Source of the DNA: Eledone cirrhosa
Lineage: Eukaryota
Direction: 5' to 3'
NCBI GenBank assembly: GCA_964016885.1
Contig: CAXHJY010000096.1
Location: forward strand, 930,001-994,000
Length of the DNA stretch: 64,000 nucleotides
This document shows positions 10,579 through 23,200 of the stretch, in pieces; the stretch's first letter is position 1, and every line of letters begins with the position of its first letter. The translations under genes were made by a program, and so were the position numbers. The notes under the pieces were generated by a model. It was not told where the DNA came from. It did not search any database and was given only the letters and a program-made list of their open reading frames with translations.

Positions 10579-13120
10579 GGCTATAATTTCCAGTGTCCAA
10601 GGGGAGATAATTTCCAGCCAGCGAAGGGGAGATAATTTTTTTAAAAAAATCATTGGGAGATTTGTAAAAAAAATCAGGGGGAGATAATTTGTAAAAAAAA
10701 TCAAGGGGAGATAATTTCCAGCCGTCCAAGGGGAGGTAATATCTAGCCGTCCAAGGGGAGATAATTTCCAGCCGTCCAAGGGGAGATAATTTCCAGCCGT
10801 CCAAGGGTAGATAATATCCAGCCGCCCAAGGACATATTTTCCAGCCGTCCAAGGAGAGGTAATTTCTAGCCGTCCAAGGGGAGATAAATTCCAGCCTCCA
10901 AGGGGAGATAATTTCCAGCCAGCCAAGGGGAGATAATTTGTAAAAAAATCAGGGGGAGATAATTTGTAAAAAAAATCAGGGGGAGATAATTTGTAAAAAA
11001 AAATCAGGGGGAGATAATTTGTAAAAAAAAATCAGGGGGAGATAATTTGCAAAAAAAATCAGGGGGAGATAATTTGTAAAAAAAAATCAGGGGTAGATAA
11101 TTTGTAAAAAAAAATCAGGGGGAGATAATTTGTAAAAAAAAATCAGGGGGAGATAATTTGTAAAAAAAATCAAGGGGAGATAATTTGTAAAAAAAATCAA
11201 GGGGAGATAATTTCCAGCCGTCCAAGGGGAGGTAATATCTAGCCGTCCAAGGGGAGATAATTTCCAGCCGTCCAAGGGGAGATAATTTCCAGCCGTCCAA
11301 GGGTAGATAATATCCAGCCGCCCAAGGACATATTTTCCAGCCGTCCAAGGAGAGGTAATTTCTAGCCGTCCAAGGGGAGATAAATTCCAGCCTCCAAGGG
11401 GAGATAATTTCCAGCCAGCCAAGGGGAGATAATTTGTAAAAAAATCAGGGGGAGATAATTTGTAAAAAAAATCAGGGGGAGATAATTTGTAAAAAAAAAT
11501 CAGGGGGAGATAATTTGTAAAAAAAAATCAGGGGGAGATAATTTGCAAAAAAAATCAGGGGGAGATAATTTGTAAAAAAAAATCAGGGGTAGATAATTTG
11601 TAAAAAAAAATCAGGGGGAGATAATTTGTAAAAAAAAATCAGGGGGAGATAATTTGTAAAAAAAATCAAGGGGAGATAATTTGTAAAAAAAATCAAGGGG
11701 AGATAATTTCCAGCCGTCCAAGGGGAGGTAATATCTAGCCGTCCAAGGGGAGATAATTTCCAGCCGTCCAACGGGAGATAATTTCCAGCCGTCCAAGGGT
11801 AGATAATATCCAGCCGCCCAAGGACATATTTTCCAGCCGTCCAAGGAGAGGTAATTTCTAGCCGTCCAAGGGGAGATAATTTCCAGCCGTCCAAGGGTAG
11901 ATAATATCCAGCCGTCCAAGGACATATTTTCCAGCCGTCCAAGGAGAGGTAATTTCTAGCCGTCCAAGGGGAGATAAATTCCAGCCTCCAAGGGGAGATA
12001 ATTTCCAGCCAGCCAAGGGGAGATAATTTGTAAAAAAATCAGGGGGAGATAATTTGTAAAAAAAATCAGGGGGAGATAATTTGTAAAAAAAAATCAGGGG
12101 GAGATAATTTGTAAAAAAAAATCAGGGGGAGATAATTTGCAAAAAAAATCAGGGGGAGATAATTTGTAAAAAAAAATCAGGGGTAGATAATTTGTAAAAA
12201 AAAATCAGGGGGAGATAATTTGTAAAAAAAAATCAGGGGGAGATAATTTGTAAAAAAAATCAAGGGGAGATAATTTGTAAAAAAAATCAAGGGGAGATAA
12301 TTTCCAGCCGTCCAAGGGGAGGTAATATCTAGCCGTCCAAGGGGAGATAATTTCCAGCCGTCCAACGGGAGATAATTTCCAGCCGTCCAAGGGTAGATAA
12401 TATCCAGCCGCCCAAGGACATATTTTCCAGCCGTCCAAGGAGAGGTAATTTCTAGCCGTCCAAGGGGAGATAATTTCCAGCCGTCCAAGGGTAGATAATA
12501 TCCAGCCGTCCAAGGACATATTTTCCAGCCGTCCAAGGAGAGGTAATTTCTAGCCGTCCAAGGGGAGATAAATTCCAGCCTCCAAGGGGAGATAATTTCC
12601 AGCCAGCCAAGGGGAGATAATTTGTAAAAAAATCAGGGGGAGATAATTTGTAAAAAAAATCAGGGGGAGATAATTTGTAAAAAAAAATCAGGGGGAGATA
12701 ATTTGTAAAAAAAAATCAGGGGGAGATAATTTGCAAAAAAAATCAGGGGGAGATAATTTGTAAAAAAAAATCAGGGGTAGATAATTTGTAAAAAAAAATC
12801 AGGGGGAGATAATTTGTAAAAAAAAATCAGGGGGAGATAATTTGTAAAAAAAATCAAGGGGAGATAATTTCCAGCCGTCCAAGGAGATTATAATTTTAAA
12901 AAAAATCAGGCGGAGATAATTTGTAAAAAAAAATCAGGGGGAGATAATTTGTAAAAAAAAATCAGGGGGAGATAATTTGTAAAAAAAAATCAGGGGGAGA
13001 TAATTTGTAAAAAAAATCAGGAGGAGATAATTTGTAAAAAAAATCAAGGGGAGATAATTTCCAGCCGTCCAAGGAGAGATAATTTAAAAAAAAATCAGGC
13101 GGAGATAATTTGTAAAAAAA
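10579..13120 (+). repeat. Higher-order duplication, copy 2 of 1-1950, carrying an extra 594-bp tandem unit
   Basis: The offset changes from 10578 to 11172 across this interval. Confidence 0.85.
11322..12870 (+). repeat. Local tandem higher-order repeat, period 594 bp (~2.6 copies)
   Basis: Identical ORFs at 11583/12177 and 11611/12205. Boundaries were read where the +594 match breaks. Confidence 0.85.
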
Positions 13121-14289
13121 AATCAGGGGGAGATAATTTGTAAAAAAAAATCAGGTGGAGATAATTTGTAAAAAAAATCAAGGGGAGATAATTTCCAGCC
13201 GTCCAAGGGGAGATAATTTTCAGCCGTCCAAGGAGAGGTAATTTCTAACCGTCCGAGGAGAGATAATTTCCAGCCGTCCAAGGGGAGATAATTTCCAGCC
13301 GTCCAAGGGGAGATAATTTCCAGCCGTCCAAGGAGACATATTTTCCAGCCGTCCAAGGAGAGGTAATTTCTAGCCGTCCAAGGGGAGATAAATTCCAGCC
13401 TCCAAGGGGAGATAATTTCCAGCCAGCCAAGGGGAGATAATTTGTAAAAAAATCAGGGGGAGATAATTTGCAAAAAAAATCAGGGGGAGATAATTTGTAA
13501 AAAAAATCAGGGGGAGATAATTTGTAAAAAATAATCAGGGGGAGATAATTTCCAGCCGTCCAAGGGAAGATAATTTCCAGCCCTCCAAGGGGCTATAATT
13601 TCCAGTGTCCAAGGGGAGATAATTTCCAGCCAGCGAAGGGGAGATAATTTTTTTAAAAAAATCATTGGGAGATTTGTAAAAAAAATCAGGGGGAGATAAT
13701 TTGTAAAAAAAATCAAGGGGAGATAATTTCCAGCCGTCCAAGGGGAGGTAATATCTAGCCGTCCAAGGGGAGATAATTTCCAGCCGTCCAAGGGGAGATA
13801 ATTTCCAGCCGTCCAAGGGTAGATAATATCCAGCCGCCCAAGGACATATTTTCCAGCCGTCCAAGGAGAGGTAATTTCTAGCCGTCCAAGGGGAGATAAA
13901 TTCCAGCCTCCAAGGGGAGATAATTTCCAGCCAGCCAAGGGGAGATAATTTGTAAAAAAATCAGGGGGAGGTAATTTGTAAAAAAAATCAGGGGGAGATA
14001 ATTTGTAAAAAAAAATCAGGGGGAGATAATTTGTAAAAAAAATCAGGGGGAGATAATTTGCAAAAAAAATCAGGGGGAGATAATTTGTAAAAAAAAATCA
14101 GGGGTAGATAATTTGTAAAAAAAAATCAGGGGGAGATAATTTGTAAAAAAAAATCAGGGGGAGATAATTTGTAAAAAAAATCAAGGGGAGATAATTTCCA
14201 GCCGTCCAAGGAGAGATAATTTTAAAAAAAATCAGGCGGAGATAATTTGTAAAAAAAAATCAGGGGGAGATAATTTGTAAAAAAAATCA

Positions 14290-17200
14290 GGGGGAGATAA
14301 TTTGTAAAAAAAAATCAGGGGTAGATAATTTGTAAAAAAAAAATCAGGGGGAGATAATTTGTAAAAAAAAATCAGGGGGAGATAATTTGTAAAAAAAATC
14401 AAGGGGAGATAATTTCCAGCCGTCCAAGGAGAGATAATTTAAAAAAAAATCAGGCGGAGATAATTTGTAAAAAAAAATTAGGGGGAGATAATTTGTAAAA
14501 AAAAATCAGGGGGAGATAATTTGTAAAAAAAATCAAGGGGAGATAATTTCCAGCCGTCCAAGGGGAGATAATTTTCAGCCGTCCAAGGGGAGATAATTTC
14601 CCGCCAGCCAAGGGAAGATAATATTCAAAAAAATCAGGCGGAGATAATTTGTAAAAAAAATCAGGGGGAGATAATTTGTAAAAAAATCAGGGGGAGATAA
14701 TTTGTAAAAAAAAAAATCAGGGGGAGATAATTTGTAAAAAAAATCAGGGGGAGATAATTTGTAAAAAAAAATCAGGGGTAGATAATTTGTAAAAAAAAAT
14801 CAGGGGGAGATAATTTGTAAAAAAAAATCAGGGGGAGATAATTTGTAAAAAAAATGAAAGGGGAGATAATATCCAGCCGTCCAAGGGGAGATAATTTCCA
14901 GCCGTCCAAGGGGAGATAATTTCCAGCCGTCCAAGGGGAGAAAATTTCCATCCTTCCAAGGGGATATAATTTCCAGCCGTCCAAGGGGAGATAATTTCCA
15001 TCCTTCCAAGGGGATATAATTTCCAGCCGTCCAAGGGGAGATAATTTTCAGCCGTCCAAGGAGAGGTAATTTCTAGCCGTCCAAGGAGAGATAATTTCCA
15101 GCCGTCCAAGGGGAGATAATTTCCAGCCGTCCAAGGGGAGATAATTTCCAGCCGTCCAAGGAGACATATTTTCCAGCCGTCCAAGGAGAGGTAATTCCTA
15201 GCCGTCCAAGGGGAGATAAATTCCAGCCTCCAAGGGGAGATAATTTCCAGCCAGCCAAGGGGAGATAATTTGTAAAAAAAATCAGGGGGAGATAATTTCT
15301 AAAAAAAATCAGGGGGAGATAATTTGTAAAAAAAAATCAGGGGGAGATAATTTGTAAAAAATAATCAGGGGGAGATAATTTGTAAAAAAAATCAAGGGGA
15401 GATAATTTCCAGCCGTCCAAGGGGAGATAATTTTCAGCCGTCCAAGGGGAGATAATTTCCCGCCAGCCAAGGGAAGATAATATTTAAAAAAATTAGGCGG
15501 AGATAATTTGTAAAAAAAATCAGGGGGAGATAATTTGTAAAAAAATCAGGGGGAGATAATTTGTAAAAAAAATCAGGGGGAGATAATTTGTAAAAAAAAT
15601 CAGGGGGAGATAATTTGTAAAAAAAAATCAGGGGTAGATAATTTGTAAAAAAAAATCAGGGGGAGATAATTTGTAAAAAAAAATCAGGGGGAGATAATTT
15701 GTAAAAAAAATCAAGGGGAGATAATTTCCAGCCGTCCAAGGAGAGATAATTTTAAAAAAAATAAGGCGGAGATAATTTGTAAAAAAAAATCAGGGGGAGA
15801 TAATTTGTAAAAAAAATCAAGGGGAGATAATTTCCAGCCGTCCAAGGGGAGATAATTTTCAGCCGTCCAAGGGGAGATAATTTCCCGCCAGCCAAGGGAA
15901 GATAATATTCAAAAAAATCAGGCGGAGATAATTTGTAAAAAAAATCAGGGGGAGATAATTTGTAAAAAAAATCAGGGGGAGATAATTTGTAAAAAAAAAT
16001 CAGGGGTAGATAATTTGTAAAAAAAAAATCAGGGGGAGATAATTTGTAAAAAAAAATCAGGGGGAGATAATTTGTAAAAAAAATCAAGGGGAGATAATTT
16101 CCAGCCGTCCAAGGAGAGATAATTTAAAAAAAAATCAGGCGGAGATAATTTGTAAAAAAAAATTAGGGGGAGATAATTTGTAAAAAAAAATCAGGGGGAG
16201 ATAATTTGTAAAAAAAATCAAGGGGAGATAATTTCCAGCCGTCCAAGGGGAGATAATTTTCAGCCGTCCAAGGGGAGATAATTTCCCGCCAGCCAAGGGA
16301 AGATAATATTCAAAAAAATCAGGCGGAGATAATTTGTAAAAAAAATCAGGGGGAGATAATTTGTAAAAAAATCAGGGGGAGATAATTTGTAAAAAAAAAA
16401 ATCAGGGGGAGATAATTTGTAAAAAAAATCAGGGGGAGATAATTTGTAAAAAAAAATCAGGGGTAGATAATTTGTAAAAAAAAATCAGGGGGAGATAATT
16501 TGTAAAAAAAAATCAGGGGGAGATAATTTGTAAAAAAAATGAAAGGGGAGATAATATCCAGCCGTCCAAGGGGAGATAATTTCCAGCCGTCCAAGGGGAG
16601 ATAATTTCCAGCCGTCCAAGGGGAGAAAATTTCCATCCTTCCAAGGGGATATAATTTCCAGCCGTCCAAGGGGAGATAATTTCCATCCTTCCAAGGGGAT
16701 ATAATTTCCAGCCGTCCAAGGGGAGATAATTTTCAGCCGTCCAAGGAGAGGTAATTTCTAGCCGTCCAAGGAGAGATAATTTCCAGCCGTCCAAGGGGAG
16801 ATAATTTCCAGCCGTCCAAGGGGAGATAATTTCCAGCCGTCCAAGGAGACATATTTTCCAGCCGTCCAAGGAGAGGTAATTCCTAGCCGTCCAAGGGGAG
16901 ATAAATTCCAGCCTCCAAGGGGAGATAATTTCCAGCCAGCCAAGGGGAGATAATTTGTAAAAAAAATCAGGGGGAGATAATTTCTAAAAAAAATCAGGGG
17001 GAGATAATTTGTAAAAAAAAATCAGGGGGAGATAATTTGTAAAAAATAATCAGGGGGAGATAATTTGTAAAAAAAATCAAGGGGAGATAATTTCCAGCCG
17101 TCCAAGGGGAGATAATTTTCAGCCGTCCAAGGGGAGATAATTTCCCGCCAGCCAAGGGAAGATAATATTTAAAAAAATTAGGCGGAGATAATTTGTAAAA

Positions 17201-17640
17201 AAAATCAGGGGGAGATAATTTGTAAAAAAATCAGGGGGAGATAATTTGTAAAAAAAATCAGGGGGAGATAATTTGTAAAAAAAATCAGGGGGAGATAATT
17301 TGTAAAAAAAAATCAGGGGTAGATAATTTGTAAAAAAAAATCAGGGGGAGATAATTTGTAAAAAAAAATCAGGGGGAGATAATTTGTAAAAAAAATCAAG
17401 GGGAGATAATTTCCAGCCGTCCAAGGAGAGATAATTTTAAAAAAAATAAGGCGGAGATAATTTGTAAAAAAAAATCAGGGGGAGATAATTTGTAAAAAAA
17501 ATCAAGGGGAGATAATTTCCAGCCGTCCAAGGGGAGATAATTTTCAGCCGTCCAAGGGGAGATAATTTCCCGCCAGCCAAGGGAAGATAATATTCAAAAA
17601 AATCAGGCGGAGATAATTTGTAAAAAAAATCAGGGGGAGA
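14290..17640 (+). repeat. Local tandem higher-order duplication, period 1685 bp
   Basis: ORF sets at 14772/16457 and 15073/16758. Shared markers are GAGAAAATTT, TTTCTAAAA and ATAAGGCGG. Boundaries are approximate. Confidence 0.8.
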
Positions 17641-19769
17641 TAATTTGTAAAAAAATCAGGGGGAGATAATTTGTAAAAAAAAAAATCAGGGGGAGATAAT
17701 TTGTAAAAAAAATCAGGGGGAGATAATTTGTAAAAAAAATCAGGGGTAGATAATTTGTAAAAAAAAATCAGGGGGAGATAATTTGTAAAAAAAAATCAGG
17801 GGGAGATAATTTGTAAAAAAAATGAAAGGGGAGATAATATCCAGCCGTCCAAGGGGAGATAATTTCCAGCCGTCCAAGGGGAGATAATTTCCAGCCGTCC
17901 AAGGGGAGATAATTTCCATCCTTCCAAGGGGATATAATTTCCAGCCGTCCAAGGGGAGATAATTTCCATCCTTCCAAGGGGATATAATTTCCAGCCGTCC
18001 AAGGGGAGATAATTTTCAGCCGTCCAAGGAGAGGTAATTTCTAGTCGTCCAAGGAGAGATAATTTCCAGCCGTCCAAGGGGAGATAATTTCCAGCCGTCC
18101 AAGGGGAGATAATTTCCAGCCGTCCAAGGAGACATATTTTCCAGCCGTCCAAGGAGAGGTAATTCCTAGCCGTCCAAGGGGAGATAAATTCCAGCCTCCA
18201 AGGGGAGATAATTTCCAGCCAGCCAAGGGGAGATAATTTGTAAAAAAAATCAGGGGGAGATAATTTGTAAAAAAAATCAGGGGGAGATAATTTGTAAAAA
18301 AAAATCAGGGGGAGATAATTTGTAAAAAATAATCAGGGGGAGATAATTTGTAAAAAAAATCAAGGGGAGATAATTTCCAGCCGTCCAAGGGGAGATAATT
18401 TTCAGCCGTCCAAGGGGAGATAATTTCCCGCCAGCCAAGGGAAGATAATATTTTAAAAAATTAGGCGGAGATAATTTGTAAAAAAAATCAGGGGGAGATA
18501 ATTTGTAAAAAAATCAGGGGGAGATAATTTGTAAAAAAAATCAGGGGGAGATAATTTGTAAAAAAAATCAGGGGGAGATAATTTGTAAAAAAAAATCAGG
18601 GGTAGATAATTTGTAAAAAAAAATCAGGGGGAGATAATTTGTAAAAAAAATCAAGGGGAGATAATTTCCAGCCGTCCAAGGGAAGATAATTTCCAGCCCT
18701 CCAAGGGGCTATAATTTCCAGCGTCCAAGGGGAGATAATTTCCAGCCAGCGAAGGGGAGATAATTTTTTTAAAAAAATCATTGGGAGATTTGTAAAAAAA
18801 ATCAGGGGGAGATAATTTGTAAAAAAAATCAAGGGGAGATAATTTCCAGCCGTCCAAGGGGAGGTAATATCTAGCCGTCCAAGGGTAGATAATTTCCAGC
18901 CGTCCAACGGGAGATAATTTCCAGCCGTCCAAGGGTAGATAATATCCAGCCGCCCAAGGACACATTTTCCAGCCGTCCAAGGAGAGGTAATTTCTAGCCG
19001 TCCAAGGGGAGATAATTTCCAGCCGTCCAAGGGTAGATAATATCCAGCCGTCCAAGGACATATTTTCCAGCCGTCCAAGGAGAGGTAATTTCTAGCCGTC
19101 CAAGGGGAGATAAATTCCAGCCTCCAAGGGGAGATAATTTCCAGCCAGCCAAGGGGAGATAATTTGTAAAAAAATCAGGGGGAGATAATTTGTAAAAAAA
19201 ATCAGGGGGAGATAATTTGTAAAAAAAAATCAGGGGGAGATAATTTGTAAAAAAAAATCAGGGGGAGATAATTTGCAAAAAAAATCAGGGGGAGATAATT
19301 TGTAAAAAAAAATCAGGGGTAGATAATTTGTAAAAAAAAATCAGGGGGAGATAATTTGTAAAAAAAAATCAGGGGGAGATAATTTGTAAAAAAAATCAAG
19401 GGGAGATAATTTCCAGCCGTCCAAGGAGAGATAATTTAAAAAAAAATCAGGCGGAGATAATTTGTAAAAAAAAATCAGGGGGAGATAATTTGTAAAAAAA
19501 AATCAGGGGGAGATAATTTGTAAAAAAAAATCAGGGGGAGATAATTTGTAAAAAAAATCAGGAGATAATTTGTAAAAAAAATCAAGGGGAGATAATTTCC
19601 AGCCGTCCAAGGAGAGATAATTTAAAAAAAAATCAGGCGGAGATAATTTGTAAAAAAAAATCAGGGGGAGATAATTTGTAAAAAAAAATCAGGGGGAGAT
19701 AATTTGTAAAAAAAATCAAGGGGAGATAATTTCCAGCCGTCCAAGGGGAGATAATTTTCAGCCGTCCAA

Positions 19770-22700
19770 GGGGAGATAATTTCCCGCCAGCCAAGGGAAG
19801 ATAATATTCAAAAAAATCAGGCGGAGATAATTTGTAAAAAAAATCAGGGGGAGATAATTTGTAAAAAAATCAGGGGGAGATAATTTGTAAAAAAAAAAAT
19901 CAGGGGGAGATAATTTTTAAAAAAAATCAGGGGGAGATAATTTGTAAAAAAAAATCAGGGGTAGATAATTTGTAAAAAAAAATCAGGGGGAGATAATTTG
20001 TAAAAAAAAATCAGGGGGAGATAATTTGTAAAAAAAATGAAAGGGGAGATAATATCCAGCCGTCCAAGGGGAGATAATTTCCAGCCGTCCAAGGGGAGAT
20101 AATTTCCAGCCGTCCAAGGGGAGATAATTTCCATCCTTCCAAGGGGATATAATTTCCAGCCGTCCAAGGGGAGATAATTTCCATCCTTCCAAGGGGATAT
20201 AATTTCCAGCCGTCCAAGGGGAGATAATTTTCAGCCGTCCAAGGAGAGGTAATTTCTAGCCGTCCAAGGAGAGATAATTTCCAGCCGTCCAAGGGGAGAT
20301 AATTTCCAGCCGTCCAAGGGGAGATAATTTCCAGCCGTCCAAGGAGACATATTTTCCAGCCGTCCAAGGAGAGGTAATTCCTAGCCGTCCAAGGGGAGAT
20401 AAATTCCAGCCTCCAAGGGGAGATAATTTCCAGCCAGCCAAGGGGAGATAATTTGTAAAAAAAATCAGGGGGAGATAATTTGTAAAAAAAATCAGGGGGA
20501 GATAATTTGTAAAAAAAAATCAGGGGGAGATAATTTGTAAAAAATAATCAGGGGGAGATAATTTGTAAAAAAAATCAAGGGGAGATAATTTCCAGCCGTC
20601 CAAGGGGAGATAATTTTCAGCCGTCCAAGGGGAGATAATTTCCCGCCAGCCAAGGGAAGATAATATTTTAAAAAATTAGGCGGAGATAATTTGTAAAAAA
20701 AATCAGGGGGAGATAATTTGTAAAAAAATCAGGGGGAGATAATTTGTAAAAAAAATCAGGGGGAGATAATTTGTAAAAAAAATCAGGGGGAGATAATTTG
20801 TAAAAAAAATTCAGGGGGAGATAATTTGTAAAAAAAATCAAGGGGAGATAATTTCCAGCCGTCCAAGGGAAGATAATTTCCAGCCCTCCAAGGGGCTATA
20901 ATTTCCAGCGTCCAAGGGGAGATAATTTCCAGCCAGCGAAGGGGAGATAATTTTTTTTTAAAAATCATTGGGAGATTTGTAAAAAAAATCAGGGGGAGAT
21001 AATTTGTAAAAAAAATCAAGGGGAGATAATTTCCAGCCCTCCAAGGGGAGGTAATATCTAGCCGTCCAAGGGGAGATAATTTCCAGCCGTCCAAGGGGAG
21101 ATAATTTCCAGCCGTCCAAGGGTAGATAATATCCAGCCGTCCAAGGACATATTTTCCAGCCGTCCAAGGAGAGGTAATTTCTAGCCGTCCAAGGGGAGAT
21201 AAATTCCAGCCTCCAAGGTGAGATAATTTCCAGCCAGCCAAGGGGAGATAATTTGTAAAAAAATCAGGGGGAGATAATTTGTAAAAAAAATCAGGGGGAG
21301 ATAATTTGTAAAAAAAAATCAGGGGGAGATAATTTGTAAAAAAAATCAGGGGGAGATAATTTGTAAAAAAAAATCAGGGGGAGATAATTTGTAAAAAAAA
21401 TCAAGGGGAGATAATTTCCAGCCGTCCAAGGGGAGATAATTTCCCGCCAGCCAAGGGAAGATAATATTTAAAAAAATCAGGCGGAGATAATTTGTAAAAA
21501 AAATCAGGGGGAGATAATTTGTAAAAAAATCAGGGGGAGATAATTTGTAAAAAAAAAAATCAGGGGGAGATAATTTTTAAAAAAAATCAGGGGGAGATAA
21601 TTTGTAAAAAAAAATCAGGGGTAGATAATTTGTAAAAAAAAATCAGGGGGAGATAATTTGTAAAAAAAAATCAGGGGGAGATAATTTGTAAAAAAAATGA
21701 AAGGGGAGATAATATCCAGCCGTCCAAGGGGAGATAATTTCCAGCCGTCCAAGGGGAGATAATTTCCAGCCGTCCAAGGGGAGATAATTTCCATCCTTCC
21801 AAGGGGATATAATTTCCAGCCGTCCAAGGGGAGATAATTTCCATCCTTCCAAGGGGATATAATTTCCAGCCGTCCAAGGGGAGATAATTTTCAGCCGTCC
21901 AAGGAGAGGTAATTTCTAGCCGTCCAAGGAGAGATAATTTCCAGCCGTCCAAGGGGAGATAATTTCCAGCCGTCCAAGGGGAGATAATTTCCAGCCGTCC
22001 AAGGAGACATATTTTCCAGCCGTCCAAGGAGAGGTAATTCCTAGCCGTCCAAGGGGAGATAAATTCCAGCCTCCAAGGGGAGATAATTTCCAGCCAGCCA
22101 AGGGGAGATAATTTGTAAAAAAAATCAGGGGGAGATAATTTGTAAAAAAAATCAGGGGGAGATAATTTGTAAAAAAAAATCAGGGGGAGATAATTTGTAA
22201 AAAATAATCAGGGGGAGATAATTTGTAAAAAAAATCAAGGGGAGATAATTTCCAGCCGTCCAAGGGGAGATAATTTTCAGCCGTCCAAGGGGAGATAATT
22301 TCCCGCCAGCCAAGGGAAGATAATATTTAAAAAAATTAGGCGGAGATAATTTGTAAAAAAAATCAGGGGGAGATAATTTGTAAAAAAATCAGGGGGAGAT
22401 AATTTGTAAAAAAAATCAGGGGGAGATAATTTGTAAAAAAAATCAGGGGGAGATAATTTGTAAAAAAAATTCAGGGGGAGATAATTTGTAAAAAAAATCA
22501 AGGGGAGATAATTTCCAGCCGTCCAAGGGAAGATAATTTCCAGCCCTCCAAGGGGCTATAATTTCCAGCGTCCAAGGGGAGATAATTTCCAGCCAGCGAA
22601 GGGGAGATAATTTTTTTTTAAAAATCATTGGGAGATTTGTAAAAAAAATCAGGGGGAGATAATTTGTAAAAAAAATCAAGGGGAGATAATTTCCAGCCCT

Positions 22701-23200
22701 CCAAGGGGAGGTAATATCTAGCCGTCCAAGGGGAGATAATTTCCAGCCGTCCAAGGGGAGATAATTTCCAGCCGTCCAAGGGTAGATAATATCCAGCCGT
22801 CCAAGGACATATTTTCCAGCCGTCCAAGGAGAGGTAATTTCTAGCCGTCCAAGGGGAGATAAATTCCAGCCTCCAAGGTGAGATAATTTCCAGCCAGCCA
22901 AGGGGAGATAATTTGTAAAAAAATCAGGGGGAGATAATTTGTAAAAAAAATCAGGGGGAGATAATTTGTAAAAAAAAATCAGGGGGAGATAATTTGTAAA
23001 AAAAATCAGGGGGAGATAATTTGTAAAAAAAAATCAGGGGGAGATAATTTGTAAAAAAAATCAAGGGGAGATAATTTCCAGCCGTCCAAGGGGAGATAAT
23101 TTCCCGCCAGCCAAGGGAAGATAATATTTAAAAAAATCAGGCGGAGATAATTTGTAAAAAAAATCAGGGGGAGATAATTTGTAAAAAAATCAGGGGGAGA
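19770..23200 (+). repeat. Local tandem higher-order duplication, period 1660 bp
   Basis: ORF pairs at 19955/21615, 20783/22443 and 20958/22618. Boundaries are approximate. Confidence 0.82.
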